Shown here piece after piece: positions 1 through 9,342 of a stretch of 64,000 bases of DNA. The notes below the pieces were generated by a model. That model was not told the origin of the DNA and made no database searches. It was given only the letters and a program-made list of their open reading frames with translations. The number at the start of each line of letters is the position of its first letter. Positions within the stretch are counted from its first letter, which is position 1. The position numbers were made by a program, and so were the translations under genes. Source of the DNA: an uncultured Methanoregulaceae archaeon (GTDB lineage: Archaea; Halobacteriota; Methanomicrobia; Methanomicrobiales; Methanospirillaceae); NCBI GenBank assembly GCA_963841015.1, contig CAWJAX010000005.1:512001-576000 (forward strand), written 5' to 3'.

Positions 1-1
1 C

Positions 2-451
2 GAGATCATCTGCTGCTTTTGCCGACCGGCGCTCTCCTTCAGCAAGACAGGGAAGTGTTACAAGACCAAAGATCGGTTCAGTAATCGAGGAACGAAGTGC
101 AGCGATGATGTGCGGTGCAACATCCACCATGCTGCCACCAAGCCCGCAACACATAAAGATTGCATCAGTCTCCCCAATCTCGATGTTCTGGATGCGGGCA
201 ATGATTTCCCCGATATCAATTGTTGCTGTATGAGTATCTCCAGTCTCTTCAGTATGAATGTCCAGGTCGATTGGGGGAAAAAATAGTTTTGCACTATCAG
301 GCAGACCCCCCAAATGAGCTAATGTTTCTGCATTTACATCAATGGCAAGTGCCTGGACGCAGACAACTTTGCTGCTCCGTCGATCTGTTGTATAAAGACT
401 GTTAACAATTCTGCAGCCTGCGCCGCCCAATCCAATAGCAAGTATACGCAT
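2..451 (-). CDS. Tubulin/FtsZ-superfamily (CetZ-like) protein, N-terminal part; runs off the left edge
   Basis: Not in the ORF track. Manual translation from the ATG at 451 stays open to the window edge: MRILAIGLGGAGCRIV...ALAIDVN...DAIFMCCGLGGSM...EPIFGLVTLP...EGERRSAKAADDL. This matches the FtsZ/CetZ T1 motif (IGxGGAG) and the 'TLP..EG' motif. Confidence 0.8.
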   Translation of the reverse strand, partial: MRILAIGLGGAGCRIVNSLYTTDRRSSKVVCVQALAIDVNAETLAHLGGLPDSAKLFFPPIDLDIHTEETGDTHTATIDIGEIIARIQNIEIGETDAIFMCCGLGGSMVDVAPHIIAALRSSITEPIFGLVTLPCLAEGERRSAKAADDL

Positions 452-605
452 GAACAAATCCCGATTAAAACCCTATAGGGCATCCTGTAGCTTATTGTAC
501 TATTATTTGCTGGAAGTTCAATATCTTATAGTATACTGCTTTGCAGGCGATTTATTGCAGATTTTATTTTTAAAAAACCGAATTAAAAAAAATTGCTCTG
601 GAGAA

Positions 606-763
606 ATGCTCAATTACAAGCTAAACGCTCAAGGGGGTTTCACCCCCGCCGCTGTGGCTCCCCCGATGCGATAATTCCCGCAACGGTGCTACGTCATCAT
701 CGCTCAGCGCAGGGGCAGCATGGGGGGACAGGCACTGTCCCCTCCTTCCTTCGTACCAGCATC
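606..763 (+). repeat. Dispersed palindromic repeat family A, copy 1 (~158 nt)
   Basis: Near-identical to the reverse complement of 21946-22103. Hairpins GGGGGT-ttc-ACCCCC and GGGACAG-gca-CTGTCCC. Confidence 0.85.
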
Positions 764-1025
764 TTGAATTTCATATCAATGGAAAAGGAATTCTCCAGAG
801 CCAAAAAAATAGTAAAAATCAATTTATCTCCCCCAAGGATCTCAATCGATGGGAATCATTCAAGGGGTAGTGTATGAACGAATTTATTCAATAACCCAAA
901 ACAGGGGAAAACATCAGAAGGACGACTAAAATGTGTATATCTGGGTGCGTTCACCTCCGCTCCACGATCCTTGGGAAGATTGCAAAAGAAAAAAACGATA
1001 AAATGGGCATATTTTGAGCGGATAG

Positions 1026-1064
1026 CGCAAAATGATCAACGCAAAATGATAATTTATTTAAATG
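1026..1064 (+). promoter_or_regulatory. mer promoter: CGCAAAATGAT direct repeat followed by a TATA-like box
   Basis: Exact 11-mer at 1026-1036 and 1040-1050, then TTTATTTAAA. GAGGTGA RBS precedes the TTG start at 1100. Confidence 0.5.
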
Positions 1065-1099
1065 CGTGGACAGTAAATACTCCATGAGGTGAATAACCC

Positions 1100-2087
1100 T
1101 TGACATATGGAATTGAATTTGTACCAGGAAATGTCAATGTAAAGCAAGTTGTCAACTTCTGTAAACTTGCAGAGTCAAAAGACATAGATTTCGCATGGAT
1201 CACTAACCACTACAACAACCGCCACTGCTACCCCACCCTCGCCGCGATCGCTCAGGCGACTACATCGTTGAAGATGGGCCCGGGTATCATGAACGCGTTT
1301 ACCGACACCCCCGCCGCAATGGCGTCATTCGCATGCACACTCAACGAGATTTCCGATGGACGTGCTGTCCTCGGTATCGGGCCAGGCGACCTTTCAACCC
1401 TCCCGAAGCTTGCAATCAACGCTGAAAAGCCGGTCGGACGCCTCGAGGAAGCTGTAGTCCAGATTCGCAAGCTCTGTGCCGGTGAAGAAGTCAAGAAATC
1501 AGGAATGACATTCTTTGACTACGATGGCGCAAAGCTCACGGGGGTCACTCTCCCGGGCAAAAAGGGCATCCCGATCTACATCGGTGCACAGGGACCTAAA
1601 GGTACTGGACCTCGCCGGAAGGATCGGCGACGGTGCGTTGATCAACGCATCCAACCCTAAGGACTTCAAGATTGCAATCCCGATTATCCAGGCCGCCTGC
1701 GACAAAGTCGGCAAGAAGGGCTTTGATATCGGTGCATACACGGCGATGTCCATTGATCGGAGTGAAAAGAAGGCACGCAATTCAGCAAAAATTGTCGCTG
1801 CATTCATCGCTGCAGGTTCCCCACCGGACCTCCTTACCCGCCACGGTCTTGACCTCAACAATGTTGCAAAGATTAAGGCAGCACTGGGGAAGTTTGACTT
1901 TAAGACGGTTGGAGAACTTGTCGGAGACAAGGAGATTGACGCATTCACCATTGCAGGAACTCCTGAGATGGTCAAGCAGAAATGTGAAGACCTCACCAAA
2001 GCCGGTGTCACCCAGATTATCTTCGGCTCACCGCTCGGTCCAGATATGACCACCTCTATCCGCCTGCTCGGCAAGTACGTCGTATAA
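1100..2087 (+). CDS. mer: F420-dependent methylene-H4MPT reductase (one frameshift near 1600)
   Basis: ORF 1100-1660 (YGIEFVP, WITNHYNNR, GIGPGD, IYIGAQGPK) continues in ORF 1515-2087 (VLDLAGRIGDGALINASNP...GSPLGPD). Confidence 0.95.
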
Positions 2088-2434
2088 GTGCGGAACGACC
2101 TTCCTGCCTGAATACAGCCGAAAAGTGGCAAGGCAGAAATGCCTTGGCAGATAGACTAATCTCTTTTTTTTTTAATAATACACGGTGGACTGTGTGTTTT
2201 TGCGCCCGACCAGAGAACCCATCCAGGTGTTATGTATACATTTTTGGTGCCATTTGGGAAATAGATGTCAAGTCTAAGCGGCGGGCTTCGCCCGCCTTTC
2301 CAGCAGCCAGGTTTACCTGCGGAACTTGGTTATCAAGCCTTGGACCGTTTCTCTGAGCCCGCTGGAGGGATTGTAGAGGGAGAATTTATCCCCCCTTTTT
2401 GCTCACCACCCCCCGAAAGGGAGCGAGGCAGGAT

Positions 2435-2563
2435 AGCCTCCCTGAAGGGAGGACGGGCTCCAGACCGGGACCATGAACATCGCCCTGTGATACACTTGTA
2501 GCGAAGCGTCACTCCCTTCATTTTTGCGATTTTTCGCAGTGGACTGTGTGTGTTTTTAAAAAA
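2435..2563 (+). repeat. Dispersed palindromic repeat family B, copy 1
   Basis: Shares AGCCTCCC..GGGAGGACGGGCTCCAGACC..GAACATCGCCC..CACTTGTAGCGAAGCGTCA..TCATTTTTGCGATTTTTC with 58543-58673. Confidence 0.85.
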
Positions 2564-2633
2564 TTTCCTTTTCAGGTCAGTTACTGTGCAAACGACTATC
2601 TGATCTTACCGGAAATAGTTTTGTGGAACAGGC

Positions 2634-3563
2634 ATGTTTTCGGTCCGGGAAGTGGTCACCAGCAGAGGCACGCTACAGTATCGCGAAGAACATCTCACGG
2701 GCATCCGGTGCAGGATCAGTCCTGACCGGTTAAAAAGGCAGATCGATCGGACTGCATACATTCCTTCAAATGCTGAGGGTTGCCCGTTCTGCCGCGATGC
2801 TGTTTTTTCTGTTACACCCACATTTCCCGATGGCAGACGGATCATCCGAGGGGAGAGTGTTACCTTCCCGAACCTGTTTCCCTTCGGGGAAGGGCACGTA
2901 GTCACCGTAATCACCCGTGAGCACTCGGTCACTGCGTTCAGCAGGCAACAGATAACAGATGCACTCCTCGCGCAAACCGAAGCCCTCCGGCAGGCCGATG
3001 GCTATGCCAGCATCAACTGGAACTTCCTTCCATCGGCAGGTGCAAGTCTTGTCCACCCTCATATGCAGGGTTTGTCAGATTCATGCCCATCCCGTATTGT
3101 CGACTCTTATATTACCGCAAGCGAACAGTTCCGCAGGATACAGGGCAGGAACTACTGGGATGTAGTAAGGGAGGAGGAAAAATCCTCAGATCGATACCTG
3201 TTCGGTGATGAAATACTCTGGTCAGCCCATGCGGTGCCGGTTGGTGAGCGTGAAGTGAGAGGTATACTGCCAATCTCCACACTTGAAGAAATGGAAAACT
3301 ACGTGGATCTCGTGGCGCAGGGCATACTTGAGATCATCTCATTATACCGGCAACTGGGAACCCATGCGTTCAATATGTCCATTTTTTTTGATAAGAATGG
3401 CAACGATCACGGATTACGGGCGTTTTGCTCTATGATCTCACGAATCAACCCCAACCCTTCATCCACAAGCGATTCTGCATTCATGGAGCGGCTCCACCTC
3501 GAACCGGTAATAATGACGCTTCCAGAAGACCTGGGAAAATTTTACAAAAAAGAGAAAAAGTAA
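2634..3563 (+). CDS. Galactose-1-phosphate uridylyltransferase-like (GalT/HIT) protein
   Basis: CPFC zinc motif, FPNLFP, and the GASLVHPHMQ catalytic HxHxQ motif. Confidence 0.85.
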   Translation: MFSVREVVTSRGTLQYREEHLTGIRCRISPDRLKRQIDRTAYIPSNAEGCPFCRDAVFSVTPTFPDGRRIIRGESVTFPNLFPFGEGHVVTVITREHSVTAFSRQQITDALLAQTEALRQADGYASINWNFLPSAGASLVHPHMQGLSDSCPSRIVDSYITASEQFRRIQGRNYWDVVREEEKSSDRYLFGDEILWSAHAVPVGEREVRGILPISTLEEMENYVDLVAQGILEIISLYRQLGTHAFNMSIFFDKNGNDHGLRAFCSMISRINPNPSSTSDSAFMERLHLEPVIMTLPEDLGKFYKKEKK

Positions 3564-3567
3564 AAAT

Positions 3568-4407
3568 TTACTCGAATTTTGCTACGAGTTTGTTCTTGGA
3601 AACGAGCACGCCGTCTTTCTTGTGGGGCTTTCTGAGAACGGAGTCGTTTGCCTTTTCTATTTCGCGGGCTTCATCACAGAGAATTGCTGCAACTTTCAGC
3701 ATTTCGTGAGCGCTTGCAACGATCGGGATATATTTCTCCCATTCCTTGGTCATGAAGCAGCCCTTGACATTCTGTCCTGCAACAGCCATTGCGATCTCGT
3801 GGGCTGCGCGTGCCTTCGCCAGTGCATAGTTGTTGGTGAACTCACCCTCAACAGCCTTGTCAGTGGTCATGACGATCTTCGGGAGGACAAGTTCTGCGCC
3901 CTTCTTTCCTGCCTTCACCTGGTCGATGACCAAGTCAACAGCGAGCTGGAGTTTGCGGAATGCACCGGTAATTGCCAGAACTTTGACAAGGTTGCCGTTG
4001 AAGTCGGCCATCTCTACGGGGTCAAGGAACTCGCGGCGTGCACCGATCATGGAGTCTGCCTTCATGATGATGTAGCCGAAATTGCTGGCCTTGACTCCTT
4101 CCCATTCCTTCTTCGTGGTCACATCATCGGTTATGATGATGACCGGGATTCCTGCCTTGGCGAGTTCTTCACGGGCACCGGTGGGTCCCGGGAGAACACC
4201 ATTCGGGGAAACCACAATGCAGAAATCTGGTTTCCATGCCTTCATGTTCGTTACGACACGGTCAATGTCTTCCGGCTGGAGTTTCGTCCCGCTGGTCGCC
4301 ATGAATGTCTGCATGTCTTCACGGTCTGCCCTCTCATCGAGAAGCAGCTCAGCCATTACACCACTTGCAATATTGCCGAGTTTGGCAACTCCTACTTTAA
4401 CAACCAT
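3568..4407 (-). CDS. mtd: F420-dependent methylene-H4MPT dehydrogenase
   Basis: [32 protein letters not shown] motifs. Confidence 0.97.
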   Translation of the reverse strand: MVVKVGVAKLGNIASGVMAELLLDERADREDMQTFMATSGTKLQPEDIDRVVTNMKAWKPDFCIVVSPNGVLPGPTGAREELAKAGIPVIIITDDVTTKKEWEGVKASNFGYIIMKADSMIGARREFLDPVEMADFNGNLVKVLAITGAFRKLQLAVDLVIDQVKAGKKGAELVLPKIVMTTDKAVEGEFTNNYALAKARAAHEIAMAVAGQNVKGCFMTKEWEKYIPIVASAHEMLKVAAILCDEAREIEKANDSVLRKPHKKDGVLVSKNKLVAKFE

Positions 4408-4611
4408 CTATATCACCTAATTTTTTTTTATAACACGTTATTATGACCCGGTATTCATATAAACATTTTGAAATGTCCTCTCTCGCCGAAAAATTGTGAA
4501 AAACCAAGGGTATTGTTGAATGATGATGTTTTAATGAGGGCACTTCAAGAGTAAATTGTATTTGGGCATAGTTAACGAAAAGTGTTTAAGTTTGTATAAA
4601 GTATTAATAGT

Positions 4612-5016
4612 ATGAAAGATGGTCTGCTCACTGAACGCCAGATGGAGGTTCTCAGGTACCGTAAACAAGGGCTGACCCAGCAGCAGATTGCTGATATTAT
4701 CTCTACTTCAAAAGCAAATGTCTGCACGATTGAAAAGAGTGCTATGGAGAATATCAGAAGGGCAAAAGAAACACTTGAATTTCTATATACACTGGATGCA
4801 ACACATCTGTGCACTATCCCTTCAGGGACGGATCTCTTTGATGTTCCCTCCATTATCTTTGGTGAAGCAGAAAAAATTAACATAAAAGTGATGTATGATA
4901 CAATTTCCCTCATAAACCGGCTGAGAGAAACCCGTCCCCAGTGTTGTAAAGCCCGTTGTTTATGTGAAGATATTATTGTGTATGTCACTGATCTCGGTGA
5001 ATTGTATTTTGGATGA
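4612..5016 (+). CDS. tfx: Tfx-family DNA-binding protein
   Basis: LLTERQMEVL..R.QGLTQQQIA...TSKANVCTIEKSAMENI HTH, followed by a Tfx C-terminal domain (GTDLFDVP..IFGEA). Confidence 0.85.
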   Translation: MKDGLLTERQMEVLRYRKQGLTQQQIADIISTSKANVCTIEKSAMENIRRAKETLEFLYTLDATHLCTIPSGTDLFDVPSIIFGEAEKINIKVMYDTISLINRLRETRPQCCKARCLCEDIIVYVTDLGELYFG

Positions 5017-5134
5017 AACCGAAATGAAAATCAAAGGATAATAATAAAAAAGCATATTTTTCCTGGAGAATCCGTAGCACGTTGTATCCGGCCATGGGCA
5101 TATGTTTATATTCTTTTTTATGCAATGATTAAGG

Positions 5135-5700
5135 AAGCCGATATGAGGTTATCCTCTGATGTATCCATGTGCTGATTCGATGAAAAGCACATTTTTGATA
5201 TTATCATACGGCGGGACCAGACTTCCGGACACAGGAAAGTCGGTTGTGCCGTGGGTATTCCTCGATTGGTGAACTCCGCACCATAGCGGAGGAAACCCGA
5301 GAAGGAGTTGTGACTCGTCACAACAGGCTGACTAAGTGGGATCTGACCAGCACGCATGGGTCGACGTTTGAACAAACGAGCCCGTTCCACCTGCTCTCTC
5401 ATTGAGCAGATGGATGCGTTATTGTCAGGATCTTCTTTCGCGAGACAGGAAAGCTGGTGTATCAGCTCGTGGATGAGAAAAATATCATCCCAATGTCCGT
5501 AGGCCACATGAAAAAACCGGACGTTCATTAATACCCGAAAAATCCCGCAAATGCGGGTTAGCGTATTACCTGAGTTGTCCGGATTTCTCAACTGGCTTCG
5601 CGTGTTGGCATCTAAACCAGACAACGTTATCACACGGTCTCGGATTAATCAAAAATTCGTGTCGCAAAGGGAATAACCTACACGCAGAAAAAGGATTGAT
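5135..5700 (+). ncRNA. Putative long structured 5' leader or ncRNA upstream of rpl3
   Basis: No credible CDS. A TTTATA box lies at 5105-5110 and about ten hairpins follow, including a nested multibranch domain at 5339-5433. Confidence 0.55.
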
Positions 5701-5706
5701 TAACAT

Positions 5707-6720
5707 ATGCCAAAAATAAACAGACCACGCCGTGGTTCTCTTGCATTCAGCCCAAGAAAGCGTGCAAAGAGCCCGATCCCGAAATACCAATCGTGGCCTC
5801 TCTATGACGGGGCACCGGTACTGCAGGGGTTTGCCGGTTATAAAGTAGGTATGACACACGTTATCATGGTAGATGATCACAAGAACAGTCCTACAGAGGG
5901 GAAGGAAATTATGGTGCCGGTCACCGTTATTGAAATTCCCTCTATGAAGGTCGCTGCGATTCGTGCCTACTCTGAAGATACCTATGGCAAACATGCGCTG
6001 ACAGAAATCTGGGCAGACCAGCTCGATACTGTGCTTGGTCGCCGTATCACCCTGCCGAAGGACTATGACAAAAAGGCTGCTGAGAAGAAATTTTCGGATG
6101 CAGTTGAAGCTGGTACGGTTGCTGAGATCTATGCAGTCTCCTACACACAACCGGCAATTTTATCAGGTGTCCCCAAGAAAGTCCCCGATCTTATGGAGAT
6201 TAAGGTGGGAGGCGGAGACATCAAAAAGCAGTGGGAGTTTGCCCAGGGTATTTTGGGAAAAGAGGTTTTTCTGAACAATGTCCTCCAGTCCGGTGCATAC
6301 GCCGATATTACTGCGATCACCACCGGAAAAGGTACGAATGGTGCAGTAAAACGGTGGGGTATAGCGCTGCGCAAGCGTAAACACTCCGTCGGCGGAAAGG
6401 AGCGCCACCTGGGGACACTCGGACCCTGGAATCCCCATCATGTAAGATGGCAGGTACCCCAGATGGGCCAGCTGGGATTCCAGCAGCGGACAGAGTTTAA
6501 CAAACGTATTTTAAGGATAAGTGAAGACGCGAGCGAGATCACCCCAGCCGGGGGGTTCCTGCACTATGGTGTACTCAGGAGCCCGTATGTCCTGGTCAAG
6601 GGATCCATTCCTGGCCCGGTCAAGCGGCTTATACGTATCCGTCCGGCGATGCGCCTTGGTGAACATGTAGTCAGGATGCCGACAATCCAGTTTGTGAGCG
6701 TCCAGAGCAAACAGGGATGA
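5707..6720 (+). CDS. rpl3: 50S ribosomal protein L3
   Basis: [26 protein letters not shown] motifs. Confidence 0.98.
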   Translation: MPKINRPRRGSLAFSPRKRAKSPIPKYQSWPLYDGAPVLQGFAGYKVGMTHVIMVDDHKNSPTEGKEIMVPVTVIEIPSMKVAAIRAYSEDTYGKHALTEIWADQLDTVLGRRITLPKDYDKKAAEKKFSDAVEAGTVAEIYAVSYTQPAILSGVPKKVPDLMEIKVGGGDIKKQWEFAQGILGKEVFLNNVLQSGAYADITAITTGKGTNGAVKRWGIALRKRKHSVGGKERHLGTLGPWNPHHVRWQVPQMGQLGFQQRTEFNKRILRISEDASEITPAGGFLHYGVLRSPYVLVKGSIPGPVKRLIRIRPAMRLGEHVVRMPTIQFVSVQSKQG

Positions 6721-6726
6721 TCAGAG

Positions 6727-7473
6727 ATGAAAGCACAGGTTAAATCACTTGATGGCGGAATCGCGAAAGATATTGAACTTCCGGAACTCTTTTCCGAGGA
6801 GTACCGCCCCGATCTGATCAAAAAGGCAGTCATGGCCCTTCAGAGCACCCGGCGACAACCCCATGGGACGAATCCGTATGCCGGAATATGTTCTTCAGCA
6901 GTCGGCTGGGGAAGTGGCCGCGGGTCATCGCATGTACCCCGTATCAAGAACGGTTCACGCGCTGCAAAAGTTCCGCAGGCAAAAGGAGGCCGTGAAGCAC
7001 ATCCTCCGAAGGTTGCCAAAATCCTGATCAAAGAGATCAACCAGAAGGAAAAACAAAAGGCATTCCGTTCAGCGGTAGCTGCTAGTATATCTGCGGACCT
7101 CATCCGCGGTCGCGGTCACCGGTTCGAGGGGGCTGTTCCCGTTATCCTTGAGGATAAGTTTGAGTCACTCGACCGTACGCAGGATGTCATATCAGCGCTT
7201 ACTACTGCAGGTGTCTATCATGATATCGAACGGGCAAAGGAGAGCAAGAAAGTCCGTGCAGGAAGAGGCAAAATGCGCGGTCGCAGGTTCAAACAGAGAA
7301 AAAGCCTGCTCATTGTCACCGCAGGAAAACCACTACGGGCAGCACGTAACCTTTCCGGTGTCGATGTTGTAACCGTAGACCAGCTGAATGTCGAGCACCT
7401 TGCACCGGGTATGCTGGCTGGACGTCTCACGGTCTGGACTGAGAGCGCCCTTGTGCGCCTGGAGGGGAGATAA
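6727..7473 (+). CDS. rpl4: 50S ribosomal protein L4
   Basis: YRPDLIKKAV, GSGRG...VPR, LAPG...GRLTVWT. Confidence 0.97.
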   Translation: MKAQVKSLDGGIAKDIELPELFSEEYRPDLIKKAVMALQSTRRQPHGTNPYAGICSSAVGWGSGRGSSHVPRIKNGSRAAKVPQAKGGREAHPPKVAKILIKEINQKEKQKAFRSAVAASISADLIRGRGHRFEGAVPVILEDKFESLDRTQDVISALTTAGVYHDIERAKESKKVRAGRGKMRGRRFKQRKSLLIVTAGKPLRAARNLSGVDVVTVDQLNVEHLAPGMLAGRLTVWTESALVRLEGR

Positions 7474-7722
7474 ATGGTTCTGAAATACCCGTTTGTAACA
7501 GAAAAAGCAATGGTCCTTTTAGAGAACCAGGCAAAACTCCAGTTCCTCGTCAGCCGTGAAGCCTCCAAAAGCCAAATCAAACGTGAAATCGAAAAAGCGT
7601 TTGGACAGAACGTCAAAAACGTTCGCACGCTCATGACCATGCACGGTCAGAAGAAGGCAATTGTGAGTTTTGAGAACGAAAAGGCCGCCGAGGAAATTCT
7701 CAGCCGGCTTGGTATTATGTAG
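7474..7722 (+). CDS. rpl23: 50S ribosomal protein L23
   Basis: P.VTEKA, KKAIV motifs; operon position. Confidence 0.96.
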   Translation: MVLKYPFVTEKAMVLLENQAKLQFLVSREASKSQIKREIEKAFGQNVKNVRTLMTMHGQKKAIVSFENEKAAEEILSRLGIM

Positions 7723-7730
7723 GTGGGAAC

Positions 7731-8447
7731 ATGGGACATCGTATTACAACACAAAGCCGGGGCAAGGGAGGCCCGACCTATCGAGCACCATCCCACCGGT
7801 ACAAGGCCGAACTGAAGCACATCGGTGATGATACACAAAAAATCACGGGAAGTGTCATTGATATTGAACATGATCCGGCACGCAATGCACCGATAGCACT
7901 CGTGAAACTCGAAGATGGGGCCAAAGTCTATATGCTGGTCACCGAAGGTCTCGGTATTGGTGAAATAATTACCTGGGGATCCAATGTTGAGGTAAAGAAC
8001 GGCAACACGCTCACCCTCCAGCATATTCCCACCGGTACATATATTTGCAATATCGAATCACGGCCGAATGATGGCGGCAAATTTGTCCGTGCATCTGGCG
8101 TCCAGGCGGTCGTCATTGATAAGATTGAGGATCGTGTCGGTATCAGAATGCCCAGCGGAAAGACCAAATGGTTCAACCACCGTTGCCGCGCAACTATAGG
8201 AATTGTGGCCGGCGGCGGTCGTGTCGACAAGCCGTTTGTGAAAGCAGGCAACAAGTACCACAAGATGCAGAACACAGCGTCAAACTGGCCACGAGTCCGT
8301 GGTGTTGCAATGAACGTCATCGACCACCCGTTTGGTGGCGGCGGTCACCAGCACACCGGTCGTCCGAAGACGATTGCACGAGGGACCTCTCCGGGCAGGA
8401 CGGTCGGACATGTGGCTGCACGCAGGACAGGTAAGAGCAGGAAGTGA
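7731..8447 (+). CDS. rpl2: 50S ribosomal protein L2
   Basis: HDPAR, WPRVRGVAMN..DHPFGGG. Confidence 0.98.
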   Translation: MGHRITTQSRGKGGPTYRAPSHRYKAELKHIGDDTQKITGSVIDIEHDPARNAPIALVKLEDGAKVYMLVTEGLGIGEIITWGSNVEVKNGNTLTLQHIPTGTYICNIESRPNDGGKFVRASGVQAVVIDKIEDRVGIRMPSGKTKWFNHRCRATIGIVAGGGRVDKPFVKAGNKYHKMQNTASNWPRVRGVAMNVIDHPFGGGGHQHTGRPKTIARGTSPGRTVGHVAARRTGKSRK

Positions 8448-8452
8448 ACGGA

Positions 8453-8872
8453 ATGGCAGCACCAAAAAAGACTCAGAAGAGAATGCCAAGAAGGCGTGAA
8501 GAGTTCACCTATCGGGGATACAGGATAGACGAGCTGAAGGCGATGGGGATTAGCGAACTCCTCCCGCTCATGCCGGCCCGTGCACGCCGCAAGATAGTAC
8601 GCGGTTTCTCCCGTGGTGAAGAAATTTTGCTTACAAAGGTCCGTGATGGGGACGAGAAGATCAGAACGCATCTGCGGGAAATGATTGTCATGCCTGAGAT
8701 GGTGGGCAAATCGATTGAGATTTATAACGGCAAGGAATTCATGAAAGTTGAATTTCAGCCGGAATCTGTTTTCCACTATCTCGGTGAGTTTGCACTGACA
8801 AGAAGGAAGGTCGCTCATGGTAGTGCCGGTATCGGTGCAACACGAGGAAGCAAATACGTTCCGCTGAAGTGA
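8453..8872 (+). CDS. rps19: 30S ribosomal protein S19
   Basis: [26 protein letters not shown]. Confidence 0.97.
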   Translation: MAAPKKTQKRMPRRREEFTYRGYRIDELKAMGISELLPLMPARARRKIVRGFSRGEEILLTKVRDGDEKIRTHLREMIVMPEMVGKSIEIYNGKEFMKVEFQPESVFHYLGEFALTRRKVAHGSAGIGATRGSKYVPLK

Positions 8873-8877
8873 TGAAC

Positions 8878-9342
8878 ATGGCACGAATTGATTATTCACA
8901 GAAAATCAGCGGCGACAATATCGCAAAAGCGAAAGCTAACGAACTGAATATGTCGCCCAAGCATTCGATCGAAATTGCTACGTTCATCAGGCATCAGCGC
9001 GTAAACGACGCAATCGCGTACCTGAATGATGTCGTGGGTTTAAAGAAAGCAATCCCGTTCCGGCGTTTTAACCGGAATGTGGCGCACAAACGCGGTCTCC
9101 CGGGAAACTGGGATGCAGGAAGGTACCCGGTGAAGGCATCGAAGGCATATATCCGGGTTCTTGAATCGGTTAAGAAGAATGCCGAGTATATCGGTCTCGA
9201 TGCTGATAATCTTGAGATCATCCACGTATCGGCTAACCGCGGGCGCGCCCAGAAATCTTTCTTCCCCCGTGCAATGGGACGAGCGACCCCCAAGGTCCGT
9301 GAAAGTGTGAACATTGAAGTTATAGTCCGCGAGGTGGTGTAA
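8878..9342 (+). CDS. rpl22: 50S ribosomal protein L22
   Basis: [22 protein letters not shown]. Confidence 0.97.
   Translation: MARIDYSQKISGDNIAKAKANELNMSPKHSIEIATFIRHQRVNDAIAYLNDVVGLKKAIPFRRFNRNVAHKRGLPGNWDAGRYPVKASKAYIRVLESVKKNAEYIGLDADNLEIIHVSANRGRAQKSFFPRAMGRATPKVRESVNIEVIVREVV

Noticed and set aside
593-877. ORFs 593-877 (+) and 21928-22227 (-) sharing the peptide VLRHHRSAQ..HG.TGTVPSF
   Set aside because: The similarity comes from repeat family A. The frames differ upstream because of indels and there is no RBS, so this is not a protein family.
2265-2501. ORFs 2265-2501 and 58472-58867 sharing GGRAPD
   Set aside because: These are translations of repeat family B, not genes.
5118-5633. 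171-aa minus-strand ORF in the rpl3 upstream region
   Set aside because: No recognisable motifs, it is antisense to the likely leader, and the region is better explained by RNA structure.
5205-5690. RNase P RNA or SRP RNA
   Set aside because: GGAAAGTC and GAGGAAAC look-alikes are present, but I could not find the 3' AACAGAA..GCTTA P4 strand or the SRP helix 8 motif. An Rfam scan is still advisable.
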